In this document: positions 46,030 to 62,490 of the stretch, in pieces
Position numbering within the stretch: position 1 is the stretch's first letter
Layout: each line of letters begins with the position of its first letter
NCBI GenBank assembly: GCA_964016885.1
Contig: OZ024740.1
Coordinates: 188,666,001 to 188,730,000 of the forward strand
Source: Eledone cirrhosa
Lineage: Eukaryota
Length of the DNA: 64,000 nucleotides
Direction: 5' to 3'
The notes under the pieces: model-generated
The model's input: the letters and a program-made list of their open reading frames with translations, nothing else
Told to the model about the DNA's origin: nothing
Database searches by the model: none
Translations under genes and position numbers: made by a program

Positions 46030-47838
46030 TACATAATGGCTGCTGCCCCATTATCGAGTATGGACATTGCACGATAAAAAAAGAGAAGAAAGAACACGCA
46101 TATATATTCATAATTGAAGGTGCTGCCAATGATCTAAAATATCTTGCACAAAGTTGGCAACCATGATTAAAACATTCACTGGCAATAGCTGTCTGTGGTT
46201 GGACTTCATGTTGTTTGAGCCTTCCTTCAGATCTACATTCTTTTCCACATGCTTGACAGGTATGATGAGTAGCAACTCCGACAGCAGCCTGGTAGTCAAT
46301 CACTGGTCTCACTTTATGTCTGCGAAGATGACTTTTGAGTCCAGCTTTGCTGAGGTAGAGATTGCACAGATGCTGCATGTCAGCGCCATAGGAGAACCTT
46401 TGCTGTCTGGAAATGTAACAGCAATACCTTTCCTGACATACCTTTTTACTTTCTAGTAGATGATTTAAGATGCTTCACAAGCAATTTTCCCCTCATGTAC
46501 AGTCTTTCTCCATTTATTATGATCAGCATCTATGCTTTCCCACATATCAGCAAAGATGTTAACATCGTTCAAGGAGGCTTTCAATGAATCCTTATACCTC
46601 TTTTTGGTTTATGTGGAGGTTGTTTTCCTTTAACTAACTCTCCATAAAAGAGTTGTTTTGGTATCCTACAATCCTTCATCTTGGCAAGGTGACCACTCCA
46701 TCGGAGTCTTTGCTTAAGCACAAGAGATTCTATGCTTTCACACAGAGAGCTTTCCAAAATCTTGACATTACTGATGTGGTCCCTCTGGTGAACGTCCTCT
46801 GTCTGTCTGAGACACATCTGATGGAAATGTTCCAACTTTTTATGGTGGTGTTGATATGTGACCCAGGTCTCGCAGGCATAAAGAAGAGAAGGGAGAACAC
46901 ATGCCTTGTAAACCTTTACCTTTGTCCTCTTGCATATGTCTCGCTGACCCCAGAGAAGCCTTTCTAGCTTTCCGAAAGCATCACTTGCTTTGCTAACTCT
47001 GTGTGGAATTTCATTATCAAGATTGCTGTATCGATTGACAGTGCTTCCCAGGTAGACGTTTACCATAAACATAGATATTTGGTTCATTGTACTGCTTACC
47101 AGGGGTAGGATGGTACATGACAACGGTTTTTTTGAGACTGCCAGTCAATCCTAGGGTAGTGCAAGCGGCAGAAAATGCATTCAAAATGTGCGGCATATCG
47201 ATCTCTGTGTGCACTACAAGATCGCAATCATCTGCATACAAAAGGTCTCTTATGATAGAGGTAAATACTTTTGTTTTTGCAGCAAAGTGCATGATGTTAA
47301 TTATGCTGCCAGAGGTTCGATAGTAGATGTAAACACCATGCTTGCAATTCCTGAATGCAATATAGAAAACTATTACAAAGTATATGGCAAATAGGGTTGG
47401 TGCTGGAATATTCCCCTGTTTCACTTCATTTTTCATTGAGATAATCTCTGAAATTAACCCAAGCCTTCATAACATCATGGAAAGACCTAACCAAAGGAAC
47501 TTATCAGGGGCAACCTAATTTCTGGAGAACCTTCTAAAATACATTTCTGTTACCATTAGTAAAATGTTTTGTCAGATCGACAAAAATCTCATGCAGATCC
47601 AAACATTATTCCACGCACTTCTCCTGAAGCTGTCTAGCTGAGATGATCATATCAGTAGTGCTGTGTCTAGCCAAAAATCCAAATTGACTTTCAGCAAGAA
47701 CACAATCTGCAATGCGTGTCAGCAGACGGTCCAGAAGCACCCTACATAAAATTTGATATATCCCTATAGTTTCCACAATCATTCTGTTACCAATTCCCTT
47801 GTACAAGACTCTCATTACTGCATCTATCTAGTCCTCAG
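46030..47838 (-). mobile_element. RTE/BovB-like LINE, RT + C-terminal C2H2 fingers, decayed
   Basis: ESQFGF..TTDMI, VKQGNIPAPTLF, LYADD, YLGS, LLYACETW, RLRWSGH, IPKQLFYGEL, followed by fingers SKAGLKSHLRRH and CQACGKEC..LKQH. Confidence 0.9.
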
Positions 47839-48538
47839 GTACACACACACACACACACATATATACACATATATATATTAATTATTTATTAAAATAACAG
47901 ATTAAAGTTTAAGCAAAGAATCACTGCTTTCACCTTTAATGGGATCTTCTGAAACTAAAAATATATTTATCCTTATTGAACCCTCTTTGGATTTTAGTCT
48001 TCAATTTTTTTATTATTACTATATATATATATTCACTTATAAAAGGCTCTTAATGATATACTTTTATAAGTAGAATTTATACTATAATGTTTAGAAGAAA
48101 TTGTTTATTATTAAGAATATTTGTAATTGTTGATTGCTTTGCTTTCTATCACATTGTTGTTGTATGTAATGAGTTGATTCTAAATAATCAGATTTATTTA
48201 TTTAATAGTCCTTTATTATTTGTTATTCCGTATCACAGTTTTTCTTCTCATTGATTTATTAAGGTATTGAAAAAGTTAACTATGGAAGAAATTCTACTGT
48301 TGATATAAAATAAACACAGCAATGAGCATTGTGAACTGTCGAAGAGAATTTGTGTTATACTTTTCCAAATTGTTGGAAGAATATTCACTTATCTATATTT
48401 GTTACATATTTTCATGTGTATGCACATCACTTGTGTATGCATGCAAAAATATAACTACACATTTAAACACACCCACTTGCCTATATATATATGTATGTAT
48501 ACAAATAATATTTACACACAGACATAGACACACACACA

Positions 48539-50509
<1,971 letters not shown>

Positions 50510-50678
50510 TGGAGAATAGTGTAATAGAAAAGTGAATTATATATGTTAACATATTTGTAATGTGTTCTGCAGCAGTGGAGAAGTTTATTCTATTTATCCC
50601 AATTATTTTTACCGATAGCTTCATCATCGTGGTATAATGATCTTTCTTCATCACTCCTGCCTAAGCCTTTGAAACCTT

Positions 50679-50739
<61 letters not shown>

Positions 50740-51358
50740 CATATATATTTAATGCCATTCCTTTTCTTCTGTGCATGGAAAAATATCCTAGTAATACTGG
50801 CAAGAATAAATTTCTTCTAAATTGCTCTTTGGAAGCAATTCTTGGTAATATATTTGCACCTGAGCTGCATCTAAACACTCTAATTTTGTAAATATTGGTG
50901 GGTACAAAGGAAAAATATATATTTCTGAAATATGCATTATGGACAAGTAGAGCTTTAAATAGATATCTATATTTTAAAATATGAGCAGGAATTTTGTTTT
51001 CTCATAGACTTTTGCAAATAAAACAAAATTAAGAAAAACAAAAGTATCTGCCTTTGTTTCCTATTTCTTGGATCCCTTGAGAAACATCAAACTTGTTTGA
51101 AATTTCTTGAAAATAGGTAGTGGTGGAAAAAATTAGTATATAACAAATTATTGTTGACTTATACATATATAATTTGTTAAAAGCTAATTGTTTCAAGTAT
51201 TTTTTTATCTAATGGCAAATAGATACAAATTAAATGTTTTAGAATAATATTAGTTTCTAATTTATATACACATACATACTCATACCTGAACATAATATAT
51301 ACACACTGGTGTATATATATATTTACACTGGTGTATATATATATATATATATCTATAT

Positions 51359-51535
51359 ATAAAACAAAAAAAGTGTGGTAAGAAACCAGGTGGACCATAA
51401 TGCACTAGAGTACTCGATACTTAGGGCAGTAAAGTGGGTAATAAAAAAAGAATCAGGAATCCGATGGCTGAGCTCCAGCCGTTTCGACAGCTAGATCTAG
51501 CTGTCGAAATGGCAGGAGCTCAGTCGTTGGGTCCT
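51359..51535 (-). mobile_element. Fold-back mini-element of the PLE-1 3'-end family
   Basis: Tail GTGGTAAGAAACCAGGTGGACCATAA..GTGGGTAATA matches 3982-4050. Hairpin 51455-51535 centred on CTAGATCTAG. Confidence 0.8.
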
Positions 51536-54500
51536 ATATATCATCATCATCATCATTTTATGTTCGCATTTATATATGCATACACACCTGCATATAATAC
51601 ATATACAGACATTTTCTATTCTGGATATAGCCTTTAGGGAAGTGTTTCCATATTTTGGTTAATGTTATTGATTTTTATTTGAAGAAGAATATCTCAAAAT
51701 TGATCAAACTTGAAAATTTATTGGTAAATTAATGGTAGCCAACATTGATTAGAATAATTAATCAATGGATTCAAATGTATTAACCTTCTTTATCATAAAA
51801 TATAAGAGATACTGAACTAAAAACAGAAATTGACATTATTATAGAAGAGAATCAGAGAAGAAATAGAGAAAGTAGTAAAATACATGTTTACTATTGTTAT
51901 TATGTGTATTATTCATTAATACAATAGAAATATCAATATTATCCTCAGAAAAATGTTGGCTGTTGATTGTAAGTTAGGATCAAAATAGAGTAAACAAGTT
52001 GTAGCATTAGACTACATCGCCTTTATTGGCTACAAGCAATGAAATATTGACTTATATATGAATTATAAACAGCCGTTCATTAATTAGTTGCAGTCTGAAA
52101 TTGCTAGCTTACTTGTTCTTGAATAGCTTTAGCTACATCTAGTAAACAAATACATAGCTAAAGGGTATATATTTGAATGTTATACATAATATGCATAATC
52201 ATCATAGTTTTAATGTCTGCCTTCCCTGCTAACAAGGGTTTTGCAGGTCAACCTATACCAAGTCAGTACTGAAGCAAGGCTACTAACTTCACAGACAGGC
52301 TAGATCTTCATCTCATTTATGTATGGTCTCACATTCTACCAAGTGCAACGGAGAGGTTGTCATATCTTTGACACAACTAAGGGTCCTTGCAACCCTTTGT
52401 TTGGCAAGTTTCCTACAGCTGGATGTGCTTCCTATCAGCAACCACTTTATGGCATGTAGTGGATGCATTTATGGTGTAGACTCTCATGTCCTTGACATGA
52501 ATGCACATGTAGATATGAATTAATTTAATCTTCTGTAAATTGAAATATTTGAACTTACTTTTAAAGTCAAATTTGAGAAAATATAATAAAAATAAACACA
52601 AATTAAATCTTTGGTAGAGGTGAAAAAAGATTTGGTTTTACTTTGAAAATTCAGTATTGTACTATCTAGCCATAACTCTATGTATAGTTTAATGTGAAAA
52701 AAGTTTTGAAAGAATGTAAAAATCTAGCTGCATCAAGTTCTGAATTATAAATGAGAATCCATATATAAATACTATATTATTGAATACAATGATGTATATG
52801 TTCTGTGTGGTAAAATAGCCATTGTTACTGATATGGAGAAAGAATATATCCAATATTTTGGTTTCTCATATTCCTCTTTCATTCTTAGTTAATAATTGAA
52901 TGTGAAGCCTTGAGCAATGCTTTATGTTTCGTTCTCAGGCTTGAAGATCTGAAACAGGATAACAAAAACTCATAGCTTTTTATTGTATTCCAAAAACGCT
53001 GTTGATTATTATAGCCTTAACCATATTAAAGCAGTTATGAAGTAGTTTTACCTATGACAATTTAATTAATCTAATGTCATGCATCATCGTCATCATCATC
53101 ATTATCATTCCTTGTGAGCAAGGGTTAAATGGGTAGATCAACAGACTCTGCATCTCATTTTATTGCAATACCAGGATTAGAGAGAATTCTATGTCTTTGA
53201 CACAATTGAAGAGTCCTGCCAACCCTTTGTTTGGCATGTTTTTTTTATGGCAGGATGTCTTTCCTCACACCGAACATTACAGAATGTATTAGGTGCATTT
53301 ATCATAAAAATCCTTAACACTATGGCGGTTGTCATTTCTGATTATATAGTACTCATCATTAGCACTGAATATTTTAAAAGATACTTTTTTAAGTGGTTAT
53401 GCTAATTCAGATATTTTGTTCATTAATTAGAGAAAACATTTCTATTTATAATTTTGAAATAAATGAAAGAAGGATTGAAATTAAGTGATGTGTTTTGCGT
53501 AATAACACAAACACCCCATGTTTGTTTATATATAGGCTGGTAAGGCAGCACTTTAAGCAAAATAGTATAAGCCTTTGTATTGATTTTTCTTATCCAAACA
53601 TTTTATAATTTTGTTACACAAACTATTCAAAGTTAACATTTCTTACTCCAATATGTGTTTTATAATTTGTTCATCAAAGTATTAAAACAGTAATATAGTG
53701 TAAGTTTATGTGGACATGTTGTTAAAACAAACTATGGTTATATATAATTCCCCATAAACGTCTTATATATGTAGGTCAAACAAATAAAATAAAATAGTAG
53801 AAATGTTCAAGAGTCCACAAAAAAGTGATTGTAACTAATACAATTATTAAAAGTAGAATTACAGTTGAATTGTATTGACAATAACATTAAGCAAGAAAAT
53901 TATTTTCAATTAAAATCTTAGTATTAAATTACCTTTATTGATTCAAAGTATGTTGTATATACACAAGTAGCAACATATTTTAGTTAGATAAGAATATGCT
54001 ATTTGATAAGTAATCAATCATCTGGTGTTGCAAACCAATTTTTTGCCTATTACATTTGGTGTGATCTATGATTCATATACAACTTTTAAATAGTGAATAC
54101 GGCTTGAATACAAATCATTCCATTTTTTACTTTTCTGTATCTTTCTCCTCCTTCCCTTTAGAATTTTATAAATTAGGCTAACTTTATTTTTTATGCTGGA
54201 GAGTAACTGGTATAAACTTGTTCTTTGATATATGAATGTAGTATTACATTTTCCTATCACTTAGTTGATATTCAGTTTAATGTATTTACATTTTTAAAAT
54301 CCTAGGTTTTTTATATAAAACAAGTAATATATCAAATAGCTTTTTGTTTAAGATCAACTGCAAAGTTACATGCACACACATACACAATACATTAACTCAG
54401 AGATGTACTAAATGCTTGCTGACGCCCCAAAATATTAACATATATACATACATAGTTTTCTTACCAACCTTAGGCAAATAATCTAAGTTGTTTAATTGCA

Positions 54501-54925
54501 AAATGTTCCATTCATCATGCACCAACAATTTGCCTGAAGATTTATTACATTCATACTATTTCATAATTGGGATTTATTAAAAATATAATCTTTTTAATAT
54601 GATTTAGACATTTAAAATACAATAATATTTCTAGTGTTCAGATTATAAACCTAATGGTGGATTAAAATAAAACATGAGTTAGGGATATGGTATGTGGGCT
54701 TAGAATATTACTTCTTTTTGATTATTGTCATGATGATATCACTGAAAACCTTAATTTCTTACAACATTTTCGTAAATTTTAAAATTGCTCTATCTGTTCA
54801 GGGTTTTCTTTTAATAACATTTATAATATTTTGATACTACGTCAAGATTGGTTAATGCCAAGAGTAATTTTACATGTCTTATTGTCTTCACAAAAATATG
54901 ATCATCTATCGGTTTTTATAATATA

Positions 54926-54964
<39 letters not shown>

Positions 54965-55211
54965 TGCCAAGAGTTTTTAAACAATACATCAAGGGGAAAA
55001 AGAGATCCATGTAATGTACAGAGCTGAAATATATTGTATAACTAAGATTTTAACATAGATGCTAGCATTTGTGTCAAGATCTTATCCATATAATTTTATA
55101 TATATATATATATATATACCATGCTAGTGTCTAAAATAGACGTTAAACGATGATAATGTTAATGATATATATATATATATATATAGCTTTCATATTTACT
55201 AGGAAATCAAT

Positions 55212-55331
55212 CCCGTAAGGATGAAAGGCAAAGTTAACCTCGGTGGGATTTGAACTCAGTCTGTAAAGGGACGTAACTATGATGGAAAGCATGGCGTCCG
55301 ACTCTCTACCGATACTGCCAATCCACTGCCC
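55212..55331 (-). mobile_element. SINE family A, 3'-truncated
   Basis: Reverse complement of the head and B box of 62308-62490. Confidence 0.85.
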
Positions 55332-55356
55332 TTAAAATTACAGAAATTGGGAAATA

Positions 55357-55458
55357 CAATAACACCTTTTTAATTATTAGAATCATATTTTTCTATCATT
55401 ATTAATCTCAGAATAATGATAGAAAAATATGATTCTAATAAATAAAACGGTGTTATTG
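55357..55458. repeat. Inverted repeat / hairpin
   Basis: Perfect ~30-bp arms TTATTAGAATCATATTTTTCTATCATTATT with an 8-nt loop, plus outer CAATAACACC/GGTGTTATTG. Confidence 0.85.
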
Positions 55459-56291
55459 AAAGTTCCACATTTACATTGTGATGCTCACTAAAGTTATATA
55501 GCAATATTCTCAGACATACCTCTTTACTTTTGGAACATTCTTGGTTCTAACGTCTCTAGTATAAAGTAAAATTGCCCTTCAGTTTTGTAAATTGAATAAC
55601 ATGAACGTATATGGTATAGAGAAGTATTAGAAAGAAAGAGAGAGAAGAAGAGAGGTAAAAAAGAGTAGTGATCATGAATATAATATGCTATATAGAAGTA
55701 TTAGAGAGAGTGGGTTGTGATAATGAAAATAATACAAACATCCTTTGCTAATTCAGCATTGATAGGACCTGTGAAATGTTAGATTAGTGAGTTTTCTGGA
55801 TCATTAGGTGTTAGATTAGCACATACAGTTTACATAAATATCATTGTGATTCTTTATGTCATACATTGTCAAAGAATCAATGTGGTATGATTCTCAAATG
55901 CTTCTCACAGACCCACTGCTATTGAAATTTTGCAGAAGTTTAACTTTTTCTGTTATGGACAAATAAAAAGGTTTTCTCCTTTACACCATGAAAATCACTT
56001 CTTTTATCTGGAATCAAACCTTGAGATAAAAGTGAGTGCTTTATAATAATAAATTCAGAAAAGATGTGTACACATTCCTTGCCACTCTTTACAAATCCAA
56101 GCCCAGAGCTGATGCTACAGTCAGTGCCACCTAAATGGTAGTAGCATGTCGATTCACTGAAGTTTAAATTATATCTGAAAAATTTGTGATAATTAGCCTC
56201 AATATTAAATTAACTTTAATTTTTAATGTCTTCTACTACATGAAACTTTAGCAAGAATGCATCATATAATAATTAACGGATTTACCACAGA

Positions 56292-56565
56292 TTTTCACAA
56301 TGATCTGTACCCTAGTATAGATATTATAAACATTTGAATTAACAAACCTATTTTCAGTTATGTTCTGCTAAATAATTCCAAGATGTTAAGAGTCAATTAA
56401 CAACTATATACATGTCACATTACATTTAGCATAAATAAACATTAATATCTTTATTTTATGATAAATTTCCACAATGATCTGTTCATGAATAAAGATACTA
56501 TAAACATTTGAATTAACAAATCTATTTTTTGAAGTTTTCCACTAAATCATTACAGGATGCTAAGA
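56292..56565 (+). repeat. Diverged direct repeat, period about 173 bp
   Basis: CACAATGATCTGT..AAACATTTGAATTAACAAA..CTATTTT occurs at about 56296 and 56469. Confidence 0.7.
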
Positions 56566-57175
56566 TAAAATAAACATGTTTTGTAGGGATGGTTGTAATC
56601 AATTCAATGAACTTCAGAGTATTATTAAAGCCTACATTTAACCCTAGCCTCATATGAAGTAAATTTGCCAATAGCAGGATTGTCAGCAATGATTCTTATA
56701 CATTTATGGATGTTTCTTAGAGGAGATGATTTGATGTTTTATTTTGCAATGAAAATAAGCTAGGTCCAATTAAAATATTCAAAGAAAATAGTAAATCCAC
56801 CAGCTTAATAACAGGTTGTTTATAATAAAGAAAATTTATTATAAAAGAATATTTAGCTAAAAACAGTATAATAACAGAATCCAACAACTAAACTAACCGA
56901 AATAGAGAATGGAACAAAATTAGAACTCTTTCATTGGATTCCAAACTGTGAGAGAAAGATCACAGGTTATGAAATGAAATGGACAAACTTTTTAAATGAG
57001 CAGCCAGAATTTTAGCATTTTAACAGTTTCTTTTTGCTATTCAGTCTGGAGCAAGAAATCTAAAAATCTATTGATTTTATCACTATTAGGATGTTGTACA
57101 TGTGATGAAACACACACACACGCATGCATACACACACACACACATACACACACATACATACACTCCCTCCCCCCC

Positions 57176-57223
<48 letters not shown>

Positions 57224-58388
57224 TATAAATATACATCATATATGAAATAGAAAACTTTTCGTTTTAATTTGAAAATTGGTGTTCTGGGATGAGCAATGGA
57301 ACTTTAGTAGAATTGGCTCAATTTAAAGTTAATAAACAAATAAAATGAGACTAGCCAATTATTTTAATAGTTTCTTTTTATGGCAAGAATGTACTTTTAC
57401 ATGCACCACTTTAGAAAAATAATCACCCAATGAATAGTTGCATAGCTATACAGCATAAATTTGTAACAAATTTACAATGTTTATTGCAATTGTCAAACGA
57501 GTATGCCCTTTCTCTCTTGCTCTCTCACTGTTCACACATACACAGTTTTGTGAATGAAATGAAAAGTGAATATGAAATATGATTCCAGTAATCACTGAAT
57601 CTATATCCCATTTGTTAATGCTAGTTGCTCTCAGTCCAGTAACCTTTAGGTATTAGAATTTCAAAAGAGTTATGAGTTTAATTCTTACATTGGCTTCTAA
57701 CTATCTATTGATTTTTACATGCATTTTATGTAATCTACCTAACATACCTCTTACATAATCTAAAGTAGTATTTATTACTTAATATACATGGCAACTATAC
57801 ATATCTTTTCATTGGTACTTATAGTCTGATGATAGTATCAGATTAATCTTCTACAATTAATTGGATACCATCATGAATAACAATGTAAATATATATTTGT
57901 TGCCATGTGTATTAAGTATTATAAAATACACCATGTTTACATATTGAGGGCTTATTTGTGCAAACTTACAATACATACACTGTCAATGATGTATATATAT
58001 ATATATACATATATGTGTGTTCTTTACACGTGTTGGCTAATGTTATACCTATAAAAATAAATTAGATGGAAGGGATAGATCTGATTATAAGAGCAATTAC
58101 TCAGCCATATGCATACTTCAGAAGTCTTATTTCAACTCATTTACTTAAAAACAATGAGAATGCAGCCAGCTCATAATATGATCCATGTCTTCCAACTTCT
58201 TTGACATCTCCACTATACTCTTCTCTCTCTATCTCTTTATTCCTCTCTCTATTAGTCTGTCTCTACTTGCCTCTACCATTTTCTTTTGACCCATCTCTTT
58301 CTTTATTTCTCTATTCCTCTTTTATCTCTTCACGCATCTCCCTATCTAACATATTTATTCCTCTTTCAGCTCTCTCTTTCTCTCACAC

Positions 58389-58444
58389 TCTATCTATCTA
58401 TCTATTTATATATCTGTCTATCTATCTATCTATTTATATATCTG

Positions 58445-58527
<83 letters not shown>

Positions 58528-58666
58528 GTCTATCTATTTATCTGTCTATCTATTTATCCGTCTAACTATTTATCTATCTTTCTATTTATCTATCTTTCTA
58601 TTTATCTATCTTTCTATTTATCTATCTTTCTATTTATCTATCTTTCTATTTATCTATCTATCTATT

Positions 58667-58747
<81 letters not shown>

Positions 58748-58780
58748 CTCTCTTTCTATCTATCTATCTATATCTCTATC
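58389..58780. repeat. (TCTA)n and (TC)n microsatellites
   Basis: Direct inspection. Confidence 0.95.
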
Positions 58781-60597
58781 TTTCTCTTCATGCATCACCC
58801 TGTCTGTATGTATCATTTCATTCCCCTTTCATCTCTCTCTGTCTCTCTCTTGTATCAATTATCTTTGCTATCTGAGCTAAGCTTGAAAACCTTGATATCC
58901 ATTTCTTGGCAATTTTTTTTTTTTTTTCTAAATTCTTTTGTTCTTTTTGTGATACATATTCAATCCAGAATTAATATTTTTTGTAAGAATATTATTGCAT
59001 CCCATAAAATCTCCTTACATATCCACTAGAAAAATCAAACAATGTATATGGCTTATTTTTAAATCTGTTTGATATTTTCTTCTAAAATGTGTGACCTATT
59101 TCACCTTATATATACTTCTGATATATTCTCATAGGAAAGTACACTATGTACTTTGCAAAAAAATTGGAGTATTCTGTAAGATATACATTTCATAACTAAT
59201 TTACCTCTATCCATTATAGTATGATACTTCAGCCCTAGAAAATACTTTCTATTATATATTTGAATAGGATGTCCATGTAGTTATATTTCAAATTGCTGGG
59301 ACATTGCTGCAACCATTGGGAATATCAAGGTTTAAAGAAGAAACTGCTGGGCTTTGATGCCAGCTACTTCAAATGAGAAACTGAAAAGTGGGATTCTTTA
59401 ATGATATAATTGTTAATCATATATTAATATTTGAAAATAACAATAGATAATTCATTAATATTTCATTTCCACAAAACCCACCGCATATTCTCAAACCCAG
59501 ATTGTTAAACAATGAGAATAATAATGTAAAAAAGAAATGTTTATGCTTAGAAAAATAATGGGCACACAATAGCATGTGCATATGTTTTTTAACATTTTGA
59601 ACTTAGATTGTGGACTACCATAAACCTATAAGTCAGTCTCAAGCCTGGGGGCTCATCAAGCCAATGCTTATCCTGGTTTTCATGGTATTAAGCAACTGAG
59701 AATTGTACAAGACTCCTCCCTGCTGGTACTCATTTTCAGTTGGGTGTACTGGAGCAATGTGAGATGAAATGTTTTGTTCCAGAACTCACCATATGCCGGC
59801 AGATCCTAGATTATGAACTGCTTTGTTAATGTCAGAATGATCAAAAGTATGTAGGAAATTTTTATTAATTTAGCTATTACAGAATTGGAGCTGGAACACA
59901 ATATGTTTCAAACATGACAAAAGTAATCAGGTTCTGCGAGTTGTAGAATAAATCAACCTTCTATAACCAAATCTAACCATTGCTCTCTGCAACGGCATTT
60001 ACCATTTTTATTTCTTATAATTATTTTATTTTTTTACTAGTTAGCAGCCATCAATCATATTGACTGATATAGAGAAGAACTTTCAACTGAATGTCTGAAA
60101 TGATATAGTAGTCTACGGTGAACAAGAAGAAATGAAATGTTTCTTTAAATTTATTATTTTATTAGTATATGACTGATTCAGAAACAATTTATGAAACTAT
60201 TTGAGATATATGATTTTAATATATAAAAAAAGTATTTCCCACAAATATACTAAGTGTAAGTAAGCTATATATATATGTGTGCAAACACACACACATGTAT
60301 ATATATATAAATATACATATGTAGAGCAGGAAAAGTTATTTCACAAAATGATAATGAAATAGTGAAAATTTTATATATATTCTCACTGGAATTAAAAATA
60401 GTTCTTCAGGTAATAGAAATAAATGTGTATTTAAAAGGAAATTGGAATGATTTGACCTTTTGGAATAAGGTTTTCACATTTTGACATCAGTTTTCCACAT
60501 TTTGTTTTCATTAATTGCTTGTCAGATCGATATATTTTCATCTCTGAAAACCTATTTAATTCAAATTTGAAACTGATAACTAAATTATATATATATT

Positions 60598-60918
60598 GCA
60601 GGCCCCCTTCGGTCACAAATAATCATTGTTTTTTACCTAATATGTTCCCCTCTGAGGCACAATCCTGGGCAAGGTATGTTTTGTGGAAGACCAAGAGTCA
60701 CCCCTATCTATGCCACTGAATTTGTCCAAGGGAAAGGCAATGGCCAATACAGCTTGGCACCAGTGACATTGCAACTCATTAATGCAGCTGTGTGAACTGG
60801 AGCAATATAAAATTTAAATTTTTAGCTCAAGAATACAATACACTGTCCAGTCCCGGATTTGAACTCACAATCTTACAATTGTGAGCTCCACACTTTAATA
60901 ACTAAACCACTTTCCTTC
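60598..60918 (-). mobile_element. tRNA-derived SINE related to family B, with a different 3' half
   Basis: Minus strand B box GAGTTCAAATCC and body ATTGCTCCAGTTCACACAGCTG; 3' part differs from family B. Confidence 0.7.
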
Positions 60919-60939
60919 AAAATTATATATATATGTATA

Positions 60940-61119
60940 TCCCGGGTTCAATCGAGGGTAATCACAGTAAGTAAGGTACTCAATACATAGCAGAGTATAA
61001 ATATTTAATATAGAAATGGCTTCTACAGGACTAGAACTGTTTCATTCGAAATAAATCATCAGGGCTTTCCTGATGATTTCCTTTGAATGATACAGTTCTA
61101 TTCCTGTAAAAGCCATTTC

Positions 61120-61124
<5 letters not shown>
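60940..61124. mobile_element. Fold-back mini-element with degenerate HHR in each arm
   Basis: Arms about 61008-61063 / 61069-61124 and one-sided tail 60940-61007. CTGATGA..GA(A/T)AC..GTA on both strands. TA flanks. Confidence 0.65.
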
Positions 61125-61173
<49 letters not shown>

Positions 61174-61535
61174 CTGTATTTAATATGCCTATGTAAATCA
61201 GTGCATTATGTCCCTTTATGCTAACAAGGTAACCCTAATAATTCAATAATTAGATTGAAATATAATAAATACCTGAATTAAATATTTGCTAAGGGCAGTA
61301 TGATTGTCTTGATTAAGGTGCCCACCATGGCTACAGTCCAATGAATGAAACCAATAAATGTATATATATATACATACATGAATATATGAATAATTCTCTA
61401 AATTCTTTAATAGCACAATAAAAGGGATGTTTATTAAATATATATTAGTAAATATATAAGGATACTTACAAACTTGCACATAGGAAGACACTTGTTTACT
61501 AATCATGATATACAATAATTGGTTAAAGAATGTTC

Positions 61536-61631
61536 GAGGTTGACTTTGCCTTTCATCCTTACGGGGGTCGATAAAATAAAGTACCAGTAATGCACTGGGT
61601 AATTGCTGGCCTTGTGCCTAAAGTAGAAACA
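61536..61631 (+). mobile_element. SINE family A, 5'-truncated
   Basis: Conserved body and 3' end. Confidence 0.85.
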
Positions 61632-62110
61632 GTTATTTGCAATATTTAACAATCAAACTTAGCCAGCTCACAAAGATGACTGAAATTCTTTCTAACAAAC
61701 CTTTTCATTACTTTCCACTCTAATTCTTTATAAAAGTTCCTTTTCAGATGCCTGCTGTAATTTAACATGATTTTCATTATTTTTTTCTTTTGCTATTGTT
61801 TCTCTCTCTTCTTCTTCAGACTGTTTTATATTACCAAGATATATTATAAAATATTTTTTACATATGTTGTCTTCTTTTTTAATTTCTATTTTGACAGAAA
61901 TATAAACATATTTTTAAAATGATCTTAACCAGTAACACCTTTATTGAAAATATTAAGAAGCAATTATTTTTCCTTTTATAATTTATTCCTGGAATTAGAA
62001 TTCTACATAAATGTAATATTTGATGCTTAGTCTAAGATATTATACTGTTAATGAATTTTTCAGTGCAGTAACTATTGTTGTAGCTACAACTAATCACTAT
62101 CATTATCATT

Positions 62111-62490
62111 GTGGATTGGCAGTATCGGTAGAGGGTCGGACGCCATGCTTTCCAGCATAGTTATGTCCCTTTACGATCTGAGTTCAAATCCCGCCAAGGT
62201 TGACTTTGCCTTTCATCCTTACAGGGTCGATAAAATAAAGTACCAGTAATGCACTGGGTAATTGCTGGCCTTGTGCCTAAAGTAGAAACAATTATTATTA
62301 ACATAAGGGCGGTGGATTGGCAGTATCGGTAGAGGGTCGGACGCCATGCTTTCCACCATAGTTACGTCCCTTTACGATCTGAGTTCAAATCCCGCCGAGG
62401 TTGACTTTGCCTTTCATCCTTACGGGGTCGATAAAATAAAGTACCAGTAATGTACTGGGTAATTGCTGGCCTGGTGCCTAAAGTAGAAAC
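62111..62490 (+). mobile_element. Two tandem full-length SINE family A copies
   Basis: Units about 62111-62290 and 62308-62490. A box TGGCAGTATCGG, B box GAGTTCAAATCC, ATT-rich tails. Confidence 0.92.

Noticed and set aside
58201-59029. 224-aa and 247-aa ORFs
   Set aside because: Produced by (TCTA)n and (TC)n microsatellites.
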